This document shows, piece after piece, positions 1 through 9,350 of a DNA stretch of 64,000 nt. The stretch comes from Thermoplasmata archaeon (GTDB taxonomy: Archaea; Thermoplasmatota; Thermoplasmata; UBA10834): the NCBI GenBank assembly GCA_029864565.1, contig JAOTTD010000006.1, positions 2,415-66,414 of the forward strand. Direction: 5' to 3'. The notes under the pieces were generated by a model. That model ran no database searches. It saw nothing but the letters and a program-made list of their open reading frames with translations, and was not told where the DNA came from. Numbering within the stretch: position 1 is the stretch's first letter; each line of letters starts with the position of its first letter. The position numbers and the translations under genes were made by a program.

Positions 1-695
1 GTGGAGGCATATAACAGGTTGGCGTTCACAGCCTTCGCGCCCGTGCCACCCACGGTCTTGTTCAGCCCAACGAGGGAGACCTGCGTCATCTGCATGACCT
101 TCACACCGTTGTATTCCTTGACTGCAAGTGGGATGCCGGTGATGATAAACTCTCCGTCCGTCTGGTTGATGATGACAGCGCCCGCCTCATAGATGACATG
201 CTGCTCCACGAAATATCTGTTCGGACAGTACAGACGCAAAGAGCCGCCGGAATGGCCGTCATCCGCCTCCAGGTCGACTGTGTAGTTCGTGTTGAAAGAA
301 GGCCTTCCGACCATCGTCTCGGGGATGAAGGATAAGATGCCCGAAGTCGGAGCCGCGAAGACGGGTATGCCTGTCGCGCTCAGCATCACAGGCACAACGA
401 TAGGTGTCGGAGCTATGAGGCTGTTCGCGTAGTCGACAATGAGGCCGTCGATGTCAGACTTGAGAGATATCATCTGCTGTACGGCCTGAGTCATGTGAGC
501 ACTCTCGTTGTCGCTCATCCAAGCGGGAACTATCTGACTCGTGAACACTCCCATGAACGTTAGAAACACAAGAATCGTCATTATCGTTCCGACGGTAGCG
601 GCGACCCCTTCGTCATCGTCCCAACGCGGTGACTTTCTTACCTTTCTCTGCCTAGAGTTAGCACAGTATACAAAGTGTGAGGGTGACAAATCCAT
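1..695 (-). CDS. Archaeal type IV pilin-like protein, truncated by the window edge
   Basis: Not in the ORF track because it has no stop in the window. Manual translation from ATG 695: MDLSPSHFVYCANSRQRKVRKSPRWDDDEG/VAATVGTIMTILVFLTFMGVFTSQIVPAWMSDNE..., a class III-like prepilin cleavage site followed by a hydrophobic helix; frame open to the edge. Confidence 0.7.
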   Translation of the reverse strand, partial: MDLSPSHFVYCANSRQRKVRKSPRWDDDEGVAATVGTIMTILVFLTFMGVFTSQIVPAWMSDNESAHMTQAVQQMISLKSDIDGLIVDYANSLIAPTPIVVPVMLSATGIPVFAAPTSGILSFIPETMVGRPSFNTNYTVDLEADDGHSGGSLRLYCPNRYFVEQHVIYEAGAVIINQTDGEFIITGIPLAVKEYNGVKVMQMTQVSLVGLNKTVGGTGAKAVNANLLYAS

Positions 696-898
696 CCTAC
701 CACCGAAACTGGGGTGCCGAAGCAACCTAATCAGCACCTGGAACATATTTAAAAGTGTCGTTACTGGTATCGGACAAAATACGGTTCTGAAAAGACGCTT
801 GAATCGGCCCATTCTAGGGCCGTGTTGTAGACCGTCGCGGAGCATGAGAAATGCCGCCCGCAATCGTATAGTTTCTGTCGACGCGGCTACTCCCCCCA

Positions 899-909
899 AG
901 GTTTAATAC
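899..909 (+). promoter_or_regulatory. Putative TATA box for tRNA-Phe
   Basis: aaggTTTAATAc about 40 nt upstream of the tRNA. Confidence 0.45.
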
Positions 910-944
910 GGAGGTTTGCCTAACAGCATTCCCGCCCGACAGAA

Positions 945-1017
945 GCCGTGGTAACTCAGTTGGGAGAGTGCAAGACTGAAGATCTTGAAGTCGCCGGTTC
1001 AAGTCCGGCCCACGGCA
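945..1017 (+). tRNA. tRNA-Phe(GAA)
   Basis: Acceptor GCCGTGG/CCACGGC, anticodon arm CAAGA-CT-GAA-GA-TCTTG, T-loop GGTTCAAGTCC. Confidence 0.97.
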
Positions 1018-1125
1018 CCTTCGCACTCTCTCTTCTAACCGAATCGCAAGCGGACTATTCGCGCGTGCGGTGCATAGTTTAAAGTCGATGCAAGCTGTTC
1101 GAGCGGATAATAGGGGGACAACGAA

Positions 1126-1566
1126 GTGCCTATCAAGTCATTCGAGCTCAGCTCTATGGACGCCAAGAGGTTCACCAAACTCGGCGAGAGGGTCCCTCAC
1201 CTGAGGGTGGACCAGAACACGGCGATTACCAGCATAACTGCGCTTTCCGATCGGGAGGCGATGATGGAGTTCAGATTTATCGTTAACTACGTCGGCGTGG
1301 GCGTCATAAAGCTCGAGGGGAAGCTCGTGTGGGATGGTGAGGCGAAGGCGATCGCCGCTCAGTGGTCAGAGAAGCACACACTTCCCAACGAGGTGTTCGG
1401 TCCGGTTCTCGCGGCAGCGTATGCGAACTGCATGCCTGCGACTGTGACCGCAGCCAGGGACATAGGCCTTCCACCACCGCTCCCGCCGCCGCCCATGGCA
1501 GGACGGATGGCAGGGAGTACCCAGGGCAAGGGCAAGGACCACCGCTCGTCGATGGAAGTCGCTTGA
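1126..1566 (+). CDS. Conserved archaeal hypothetical protein, possibly SecB-like fold, with Pro-rich C-terminus
   Basis: GTG start after GGGGG SD; beta-rich N-terminus, then helix and GLPPPLPPPP motif. Confidence 0.7.
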   Translation: MPIKSFELSSMDAKRFTKLGERVPHLRVDQNTAITSITALSDREAMMEFRFIVNYVGVGVIKLEGKLVWDGEAKAIAAQWSEKHTLPNEVFGPVLAAAYANCMPATVTAARDIGLPPPLPPPPMAGRMAGSTQGKGKDHRSSMEVA

Positions 1567-1597
1567 AGAATACGCGCCTGCGGACCCAGCTTTCCGC

Positions 1598-4021
1598 TCA
1601 TCTTATGTGGTCGAGTGAGAAAGATCCGATGTTGACGCCCTGCTTGGTCGCCGAGTACCTTATGAACGCCCTCGACTGGACATCCGATATGCCCCTCACG
1701 GCGAGGAACGTGTTCAGATTCTCCACCTTGAACTCTATCATGCCGTCCATCAGCGACCCCAGCATCTGTATCTCCTGTTCTCCGTGGACACCCTTCTCTA
1801 TCGTGTACATCGCGACAGCGCGGTCCCTCTTCCTCCGACCAGCTATTGGGCTGAGGAATCTGAATGCGGTATTCGGGTCGAGATAGGCGATCATGGTGGA
1901 TATTGACCGGAATGCGAGCCTGTAGTACTGATGCGACTCCTTGAAAGTCTTCGCCGCTTTCTCCACAGCTCTCTGTATGGCTTCGTAGTCCGTCGGCGCA
2001 TCGACGAACTCCGTGTACTCGTCGACCGTGTCGTCGCCCATGCTCCGGGAGTACGAGTCGACGTACCTCACTAGCCCCTTCTTCTCGTACTCCTCGTATC
2101 CCGAGAGGAGATACATCATCTCGTCTCTGATGTCCTTGGGCGGCTTCTCCGTGATGACCCATATGACTGGCACACCCATCTTGAGCCCCTCAGCGACGAA
2201 GGCGTTCACCAGGACCTCCTTGCCGGTGAACGGAGGCCCGTAGATGAGCACGTTTGTGCCGAACGGTATGCCTCCGAGGAGCAGGTCGTCAAGCCTCGAT
2301 GTCCCCGACTTGACCTTCTCCAATTTCAGCTCGGCCATCCGGTCCAGGTCGCGCTTTTCGATCTCCTCGTCTATGAGGCCCTGCTCCCTTACGCGCAGCT
2401 CCTCCTCCTTCAGGTGGAGGTACTTCTCTTTGTTCCGTATCTCCTCCTCCTTGGCGGTCACCTGACCCTGGAGTTCCTCGAGCCTCTTCTTGAGCGTTAT
2501 CTCATCCTGGCTTCCCATCTCATTCTGCATCTGAGTGAGCCTGCGGTTCTCCTCCGTCAGCAGCTTCTCGCGGTACATGAGGTCCTCCTCGCGGCGCAGC
2601 AACTCTTCCTCCTTGTAAGCGAGCGGCTCTTTGAGGCGCTTCGCCTCCTCTTCCCGGATCTTCAAATCCTCCCTGAGCCGTGCGACCTCCTGCTCCCTTA
2701 GGACAAGGTTCCTCTCAACTCTTTGTGCCTCCTCCAGCTTGTCCATGACCTCTCTCTCAATATCCTTCGACGAGCCCTTTGACATCTCCGTCTTCTCGCT
2801 CATCTGCTTGAGATTTATCTGCGCCTGTGAAAGGTCCTTCTCGAGATCGTCGATCTTGGCACGCAGCTCGCGCTCTTTCGATATATATTCCTCAGTGATG
2901 TCCGCGGACGCCACAGCGTCGCTATGGACCGGCGTGGCGTAGCTAATAAGCCCGTCGGCGAAGGTTTCCTCCTTGATCCTCAGCTGCCTCTCCATCACGT
3001 CCAGCTTGGCCTGTCGCTCAGCTATCTCCATCTCCTTGCGCTTGAGCTCCTGTGCCTCCGGAGGCATGTCAGAGAGGCCGCTCTCGGCCTTCTCCCTGAG
3101 CGAGGTCAGTATGCTCTCCAGCTCGTTCACCTTGTGCTGCAGGGTCTCCTTCGTGGCCATCTCCTGTGCGAGTTTGTCCGCAAGGTTCTCGCCCTGAATC
3201 CCCGCCTCTTGCTGCTTCTTGATGAACTTGATAACGGCTATGCTGCCTCTCTTGACGTTCTCGAGCTCATCCTCCAAAATCGCGGACTTCCTGCGCTCCG
3301 CTTCGAGCTCGGACTTCGCCTGAGTGATCTCGTCTAAGAGGGCCTTGGGGTCGAACTCCCCAGAGTCAATCTGTTTGATCTTCTCCAACAGGAAGTCGCG
3401 TAGTTGGCTGACCTCTGCCTCTCGACTCCTCAATTCCTTCTTGGAGACCGCCTTCTCCGGCCTCGCCATCTCGACGGTGTCATCGAGCCAGCTGTCTATG
3501 GACTCCTCCTCGCCAGCGAGCCATCTTGCGATGGTGGGATCGGACTTGACCTCGGGTGCCGCCACCGCTTCCGCAGGGGTGGACTCCACGCGGTCCTTCC
3601 CTGACAGCCATGCCGACAGATCGCCCTCCTCCCCCGAGAGCCAGTCAGCGAGATTCTTGTCACCACCAGCCGGCGCGCTGTCACGCGCATTATCGATGAT
3701 TTTCTGGGCGAGGATCTGGCCTATTCCCTTGACGTTCGCGAGTTGGCCTGCATCCGCGTTCTGAATGTCCTCAATGGTACGGAAGCCCGCCTCGTGAAGC
3801 AGCTCGGCTTTCGCCCTCTTTATGCCAGGTAGCGTCATCAGCTCCTCGAGCTCCATGTCGGTCCTGGGCATCGGCTCGGGACCATTGGCTGCCTCAACCC
3901 TCTCATCCCCCTCTGGGCGAAGAGGCCGTCCGCACTGATCGCACTTTTCGGAATCAGCTGGGGATACGTGGTCGCAGACGGGGCAGGTGATGGTCTCGGC
4001 TTGCGTCCTCTTCTTTGTCAT
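1598..4021 (-). CDS. Multidomain KaiC/RAD55-like protein: Zn ribbon + HhH + long coiled coil + KaiC-like domain
   Basis: CPVC..CDQCG; LPGIKRAKAELL..VKGIG HhH; about 350 aa E/K/R/L-rich region; SGTSRLDDLLLGGIPFGTNVLIYGPPFTGKE. Confidence 0.85.
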   Translation of the reverse strand: MTKKRTQAETITCPVCDHVSPADSEKCDQCGRPLRPEGDERVEAANGPEPMPRTDMELEELMTLPGIKRAKAELLHEAGFRTIEDIQNADAGQLANVKGIGQILAQKIIDNARDSAPAGGDKNLADWLSGEEGDLSAWLSGKDRVESTPAEAVAAPEVKSDPTIARWLAGEEESIDSWLDDTVEMARPEKAVSKKELRSREAEVSQLRDFLLEKIKQIDSGEFDPKALLDEITQAKSELEAERRKSAILEDELENVKRGSIAVIKFIKKQQEAGIQGENLADKLAQEMATKETLQHKVNELESILTSLREKAESGLSDMPPEAQELKRKEMEIAERQAKLDVMERQLRIKEETFADGLISYATPVHSDAVASADITEEYISKERELRAKIDDLEKDLSQAQINLKQMSEKTEMSKGSSKDIEREVMDKLEEAQRVERNLVLREQEVARLREDLKIREEEAKRLKEPLAYKEEELLRREEDLMYREKLLTEENRRLTQMQNEMGSQDEITLKKRLEELQGQVTAKEEEIRNKEKYLHLKEEELRVREQGLIDEEIEKRDLDRMAELKLEKVKSGTSRLDDLLLGGIPFGTNVLIYGPPFTGKEVLVNAFVAEGLKMGVPVIWVITEKPPKDIRDEMMYLLSGYEEYEKKGLVRYVDSYSRSMGDDTVDEYTEFVDAPTDYEAIQRAVEKAAKTFKESHQYYRLAFRSISTMIAYLDPNTAFRFLSPIAGRRKRDRAVAMYTIEKGVHGEQEIQMLGSLMDGMIEFKVENLNTFLAVRGISDVQSRAFIRYSATKQGVNIGSFSLDHIR

Positions 4022-4287
4022 CGGGGCTCTCCGTTTATGCGGTCACACATGACAGTCAATTACAGATGGAGTGTCGCAATTTCTGTGGACATAGCATGAT
4101 GCCCGAAGCCACACATTCGGCGTCGGAGCGCGTAGCTCCGATACTGGCCTGAGCGCTCTTAATAGCCTAACTGGGATATATATAATTACTCGGCTCATTG
4201 TGCGGGTGTGTAAAGCCTCTTCACGAATGGCTCAGCCGCCGCTCACCAAAAAGAAGAATTACCGTGCGGTTCATCTTACTTCATCTC

Positions 4288-6690
4288 ATGGGTGAAGAAT
4301 CTAAGAAGTCCAAGGAGGAACGAGTGGGCGTTTTCGTATGCCACTGCGGCACCAACATAGCAGGCACGGTGGACTGCAAGGCGGTGACGGAGAGCTCTCT
4401 CGACATACCAGGCGTGGTCGTCAGCCGAGACAATGTCTACACGTGCTCAGAACCTGGTCAGAATGAGATAGTCGAGGAGATTAGGAAACACAACCTGACC
4501 AAGGTCGTCATCGCGTCATGTTCTCCGAAGATGCACGAACGCACTTTCAGGAAGACCCTGGAGAAGGCCGGACTGAACCCCTATCTGCTGGAAGTGGTGA
4601 ACCTCAGGGAGCAGTGTTCCTGGGTTCACAAGGACAAGGCGGCGGCGACAAGGAAGGCGAAGGCACTCGTAAGGGGAGGCGTGCAGAGGGCGATCAATCT
4701 GGAGCCACTGCACCCCACAGAGATGGCCCTCTCCAAGGATGCCCTTGTGATTGGGGGTGGGATCGCAGGCATATCGGCGGCACTGCAGCTGGCCAACTCA
4801 GGTTACAAGGTCCACCTGGTGGAGCGAGAGGCCAGCATCGGAGGCAGGATGGCCCAGCTGAGCAAGACCTTCCCAACGCTGGATTGCGCACCATGCATCC
4901 TCAGCCCCAGGATGGTCGAGGCCGGCGCTCATCCAAACGTCGAACTCCTCACGAGGAGCGAGGTGATTCGAGTGACTGGTACCCCCGGCAATTACGAGGT
5001 CAGCGTCCGCGTGTCACCGAGAGGAGTGGACCCGAGCAAATGCACAGGTTGTGCGAAATGCGAGAAGGTCTGCAAGGTGATTGTGCCAAATGAGTTTGAA
5101 GAGGGGCTGTACGAGCGCAAGGCAATCCACAAGCCATTCCCTCAGGCAGTCCCCGCATCCCACGTGATTGATTTCGAGAGCTGCGATGACTGTGGCCGCT
5201 GCGAGAAGGTCTGCGCTGCGAAGGCCATCAATTTCGATGAGGAGGAGAAGGTCGTCGACGTCAATGTGGGCGCCATTGTCATCGCAACGGGCTTCGACGT
5301 CTTCGACGTGAATGCCCTCCGCGAGTACGACTTCTCACTTCCCGACGTCATAACCGGGACACAAATGGAGCGGCTGATGATCAACGAGTGCGGGGCGGGC
5401 ATGGTTCTGAAGCGCAAGGCGGATGGCAAGCGGGTCAAGAAGGTAGCGTTCGTACTCTGCGCGGGCTCTAGAACGAGGAAGGTCGGCATGCCTTACTGCA
5501 GCAAGATATGCTGCAACTACGCCACCAAACAGGCGGTGATTCTGCGCAAGACATTCCCGTACATGCAGGTCTACGTTTACTACATCGACATGCGCACAGC
5601 GGGAAGGGGGTTCGAGGAGTTCTACGCTAGAGCCCAAGAGGAGTTCGGAGTGCGGTTCATCAACGGAAAGGTGGCGTCGATCCAGGCTGGCAAGAGCGGT
5701 GTCCTCCTGAGAGCTGAGGATGTGCCGCTGGGTGAGGTGATCGAGAACGAGTACGACCTCGTCGTGTTGTGTGCTGCCATGGTCCCCTCCAGAGGCACCG
5801 AGGAGCTGGCCAAGACGCTGAAGGTCCCGCTCGGCGAGGATGGTTTCATATCAGAGAAGCATCCGAAGCTAGACCCCGTCTCCACACACAGGTCAGGGAT
5901 ATTCGCCGCGGGGGCGATCATGGGTCCCAAGGATGTCAGGGATAGCGTCGTTGACGGCCGCGGCACCGCATCGCATGTTATGGAGTTCCTGGGAGCCGGC
6001 AAGATGCTGCTCGACCCGGTGAAGGCGCAGGTGGTGAACGGTTCGAGATGCACGAAGTGCATGGCGTGCGAGGCGGTCTGCCCTGTCAGAGCGATATCTG
6101 TGGATCAGATGCCGATCATCGACCAGATCGCCTGCATCGGCTGTGGCGCGTGTGTTTCCGAGTGTCCCGTCGATGTGTTCGACTTGGCGCACTACACTGA
6201 CCGACAGCTAAAAGCCGAGATAGAGGGCGTGCTTAGCGAGGAATCGGACGAGATAAGGACAATCGGCTTTTTCGGAGACATCCTCTCATATGTCGCTGCG
6301 GACTCGGCCGGGACTGCCAGGATGGAGTATCCACCGAGCATACACATCGTCCGTGTTCCGTCAGCCGCTCGCATCGCTAGGGCGGAGATACTGCTGGCAT
6401 TCGCGGCGGGGGCGGACGGCGTTGTACTATCCGACGAGGAGGGAGGAGAGGCAGCACTCGTCGTTGAGAAGCGGATTGAAGCGATGGCCGACGAGTTGGA
6501 TGCATTGGGCATCGGCAAGGACAGGTTGATATTCATACCGATGCTCCTGCCGATCTACAAGGTCCTGCCGAAGCGGATTGAGGCATTCGAGAAGAAAGTA
6601 AAGCGCCTCGGCAAGCTCGGATCCGACGCTATTGCCAAGGCCCGTGAGGCGGCGGAGAAGCAGACGGACCCAGTCTTCGGGGCTGCATGA
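4288..6690 (+). CDS. hdrA: Heterodisulfide reductase subunit A-like flavoprotein with fused C-terminal MvhD-like domain
   Basis: VGVFVCHCGTNI, GGGIAG FAD motif, TFPTLDCAPC, inserted and C-terminal ferredoxin motifs, CSKICC; start trimmed to ATG 4288. Confidence 0.92.
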   Translation: MGEESKKSKEERVGVFVCHCGTNIAGTVDCKAVTESSLDIPGVVVSRDNVYTCSEPGQNEIVEEIRKHNLTKVVIASCSPKMHERTFRKTLEKAGLNPYLLEVVNLREQCSWVHKDKAAATRKAKALVRGGVQRAINLEPLHPTEMALSKDALVIGGGIAGISAALQLANSGYKVHLVEREASIGGRMAQLSKTFPTLDCAPCILSPRMVEAGAHPNVELLTRSEVIRVTGTPGNYEVSVRVSPRGVDPSKCTGCAKCEKVCKVIVPNEFEEGLYERKAIHKPFPQAVPASHVIDFESCDDCGRCEKVCAAKAINFDEEEKVVDVNVGAIVIATGFDVFDVNALREYDFSLPDVITGTQMERLMINECGAGMVLKRKADGKRVKKVAFVLCAGSRTRKVGMPYCSKICCNYATKQAVILRKTFPYMQVYVYYIDMRTAGRGFEEFYARAQEEFGVRFINGKVASIQAGKSGVLLRAEDVPLGEVIENEYDLVVLCAAMVPSRGTEELAKTLKVPLGEDGFISEKHPKLDPVSTHRSGIFAAGAIMGPKDVRDSVVDGRGTASHVMEFLGAGKMLLDPVKAQVVNGSRCTKCMACEAVCPVRAISVDQMPIIDQIACIGCGACVSECPVDVFDLAHYTDRQLKAEIEGVLSEESDEIRTIGFFGDILSYVAADSAGTARMEYPPSIHIVRVPSAARIARAEILLAFAAGADGVVLSDEEGGEAALVVEKRIEAMADELDALGIGKDRLIFIPMLLPIYKVLPKRIEAFEKKVKRLGKLGSDAIAKAREAAEKQTDPVFGAA

Positions 6691-6830
6691 TGGTTCGCGC
6701 CTGCGACAGTTGCGGGCGCATGCGCTGGCACACGCCCGCGCGTGTGGCTCGACCCTCGTGTAAACATATTTATACGGATATGTCGCATTTGAAGACGTAT
6801 CGTGCGCCTGGCTCGGGAATGTGGTTTGCG

Positions 6831-6998
6831 ATGCAGAAGAGAGTTCTTGTCAAGATAAAGAAGGACCACACTGAACTGAGCTTGCGTGAGGTTCTCGAGA
6901 AGATACAGGAGCTACAGGCCCAGCATCCCGACGAGGACGTCTTCTTCGACGGCGACGAGTACGCGATTTGCGTCCGTCCGAGAAAGGCATCGCCGTAG
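6831..6998 (+). CDS. Small hypothetical protein (55 aa)
   Basis: MQKRVLVKIKKDHTELSLREVLEKIQELQAQHPDEDVFFDGDEYAIC; typical codon usage; TATA-like TTTATA upstream. Confidence 0.7.
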   Translation: MQKRVLVKIKKDHTELSLREVLEKIQELQAQHPDEDVFFDGDEYAICVRPRKASP

Positions 6999-7042
6999 CT
7001 CGAGGATGCCGATACGATTTGTCCACGAGGTGGTTTCCGCCG

Positions 7043-7573
7043 ATGCCTGGAAGAGCGACCATAGGCCTCTACAACTCTTACGATCCTGTGAAGTTCCACG
7101 AGGCGCATCGCAGGGCGATCGCCCGTGCCGGCCCCATCGCATTGGCGTTCGGCTGCAACCTCGCGACGTTCGGTTTCCCGTTCGACAGAGTTCTGTCGAC
7201 CCCAGCAGAAATATCACGCTGGGTCGCGTCCACAACCAGCATTGGGGAGAGTGGCAAGTACTTCATCGAGTTGGCCGAAAAGGGCCGATATTCCCGCTTC
7301 GACTTTCCGAAAAAGGGGTTCCCGCCCCAACTGGGCCATCCGGTCGTGACGACTCGCAAGCCAGACCCATCGAAGCGGGTCACCGCCGATGAGCTCAGGG
7401 AGATGTTGGATTCGGGCCGGTCTATACTCCTTGTTTTCGGCCTGGGACCACACGGTCTGCCCAAGGAATTGTTTCTTATGAGCAAGCAGCACTTGGACAT
7501 ATCTGGGCAGGGATTGTCGCTGGAGACATGCACCGCCATGGGCGCGGTCGTCGGCTCGATACTGGGAAGGTAA
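7043..7573 (+). CDS. DUF531 family SPOUT-like RNA methyltransferase
   Basis: TIGLYNSYDP..HEAHRRAIARA N-terminal motif; GLGPHGLP..SLETCTAMG SPOUT knot motifs. Confidence 0.8.
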   Translation: MPGRATIGLYNSYDPVKFHEAHRRAIARAGPIALAFGCNLATFGFPFDRVLSTPAEISRWVASTTSIGESGKYFIELAEKGRYSRFDFPKKGFPPQLGHPVVTTRKPDPSKRVTADELREMLDSGRSILLVFGLGPHGLPKELFLMSKQHLDISGQGLSLETCTAMGAVVGSILGR

Positions 7574-7581
7574 TCCTGGCG

Positions 7582-8604
7582 TCAGTATCGATTGTATTCG
7601 ATTGACAGTGACGGCACCTTCACGCACCCGCCTTTCACTGCGCGCCCTATAACCTTGGCACCTTTTCCAAGGGCCTTCACCACATCGTCGGAGTCCGTAT
7701 CGCTCGCAACGATCGAGAACCCCATCCCCATGTTGAAGGTCTGATACATCTCCTTGTCCGAGATCCCTCCGAGCTCCTGCAGGACTCCGAAGACAGGGTG
7801 CGGGCGCATCGGAGCGTCGATCTCGAACCCAGTCCCCTTCCTCAATCTGAGTAGATTTCTCAACCCTCCCCCCGTGATGTTCGCCATCCCGTGCACGTCG
7901 AAATCGTCGAGGATGTCCAATACTCGCCCCACGTAGATTTCCGTGGGCTGCAGCAATTCCGCGCCTATCGAGCGCCGCAGTCCCTTCACCCTGCTTTTCA
8001 TGGTGAGGCCGTTGGCGCATACCACCTTCCGTGCGAGCGTCAGGCCGTTCGAATGCACGCCCGTGCTCGGAAGGCCTATAAGCACATCGCCCGGCCCGAC
8101 GTCCTTCCCGGTGATGAGTCTCTTCTTCTCCACGACTCCTAGGCAGGTGCCTGCAAGGTCCAAACCGTTGACTATCTCAGGGAGGACGGCTATCTCGCCA
8201 CCCACAATCGTCATATTCGCCATGCGAGCGCCAGTCTCTAGGCCAGCACCTATCTGAGCGGTCACTTTGCTGTCCGGTTTGTCCATCGCGATATAATCCA
8301 CGAAGGCTATAGGCTCCGCCCCGGCACAAATCGTGTCGTTGACGTTCATGGCTATGCAGTCGATTCCTACGGTATCCCATTTCCTCATCTCGCCGGCCAC
8401 GATCAATTTCGTGCCCACGCCGTCCGTGCACAGCGTCAGAGCCATATCGCCGAAGTCGATTAGCCCCGCGAAGTGCCCCTCGAGTTTCAGAGGTTTTCCG
8501 AACCCCTTCCTCCTGAAGGCCAACTGCCCCACGAGAGCGGCTATGCTGTCAGACTTCTTGTCTATGTCTACTCCCGCTTTGGCATAGGTCATTTGCTTCG
8601 GCAT
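7582..8604 (-). CDS. purM: Phosphoribosylformylglycinamidine cyclo-ligase
   Basis: TYAKAGVDI, DGVGTKL, AMNVND, GVHSNG, TFNMGMG. Confidence 0.97.
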   Translation of the reverse strand: MPKQMTYAKAGVDIDKKSDSIAALVGQLAFRRKGFGKPLKLEGHFAGLIDFGDMALTLCTDGVGTKLIVAGEMRKWDTVGIDCIAMNVNDTICAGAEPIAFVDYIAMDKPDSKVTAQIGAGLETGARMANMTIVGGEIAVLPEIVNGLDLAGTCLGVVEKKRLITGKDVGPGDVLIGLPSTGVHSNGLTLARKVVCANGLTMKSRVKGLRRSIGAELLQPTEIYVGRVLDILDDFDVHGMANITGGGLRNLLRLRKGTGFEIDAPMRPHPVFGVLQELGGISDKEMYQTFNMGMGFSIVASDTDSDDVVKALGKGAKVIGRAVKGGCVKVPSLSIEYNRY

Positions 8605-8714
8605 GCTGCACCACCTCGGACGCGTCTGGTCGATGGATGAGGCAGCCCTTTACCTTTTGCGTGCGCGTGCCCGGGCGAAACAAGTATATCTGTGTGCGCG
8701 CGCATTGGCGGGTC

Positions 8715-9350
8715 GTGACAAAGAGCTGGCGGTCGGCGAGACGGAAGGACCGTTACTATCGCAAGGCCAAGAGGGAGGACTACAGGAGCAGGGCTGCATA
8801 CAAGCTGCAGCAGCTCGACTTCAAGTACGACATCATCAGTTCTGGCAATATAGTGGTCGATCTCGGCGCCTCGCCAGGAGGATGGTCTCAGATAGCGCTG
8901 GAACAGGTGGGGAAGGGAGGCAAGGTCGTCGCACTCGACATCGATCGGTTCCCGCCCATCGAGGGCGTGACCTTCATCAGAGGCGACATCAGGAAGGAAG
9001 AGGTCATGGCGAAGCTTCTGGAGCTGCTGCCCGAAGGGGCCGATGTGGTCATTTCAGACATGTCGCCCAACATAAGCGGCAACTACTCCTACGATCACGC
9101 GCTCTCCATCGACCTCTGTGAGAACGCCCTGAGGTTCGCCTCCAAGGTCTTGAAACCAGGCGGCAACTTCGTCGTAAAGATGTTCTACGGTGATATGAGC
9201 AAGGGGTTCGTGTCGTTGGCGAGGAGAAGCTTCCACGAGGTCCACGTGACACATCCCGAAGCCAGCCGTCCAACGAGCTCGGAAGTGTACGTGATAGGAC
9301 TCGGCTTCAAGACAAGCCGTCAGTCCCAGAAACGCTTCGTCCTCGCGTAG
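8715..9350 (+). CDS. rlmE: 23S rRNA 2'-O-methyltransferase (FtsJ/RlmE)
   Basis: YRSRAAYKL, DLGASPGGWSQ, SDMSPN, SSEVY; likely GTG start at 8715. Confidence 0.95.
   Translation: MTKSWRSARRKDRYYRKAKREDYRSRAAYKLQQLDFKYDIISSGNIVVDLGASPGGWSQIALEQVGKGGKVVALDIDRFPPIEGVTFIRGDIRKEEVMAKLLELLPEGADVVISDMSPNISGNYSYDHALSIDLCENALRFASKVLKPGGNFVVKMFYGDMSKGFVSLARRSFHEVHVTHPEASRPTSSEVYVIGLGFKTSRQSQKRFVLA

Noticed and set aside
4097-4153. ATGATG...CTGA, a possible C/D box sRNA upstream of the KaiC-like gene
   Set aside because: No recognisable internal D'/C' boxes or terminal stem; could be chance
4288-6690. Selenocysteine or pyrrolysine recoding in HdrA or other genes
   Set aside because: HdrA has Cys at the TLDC site, and I saw no in-frame TGA or TAG interrupting a recognisable domain
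4288-6690. Inferring methanogenesis from hdrA
   Set aside because: HdrA-like proteins are widespread in non-methanogenic anaerobes, and no mcr, mtr or methyltransferase genes are in the window
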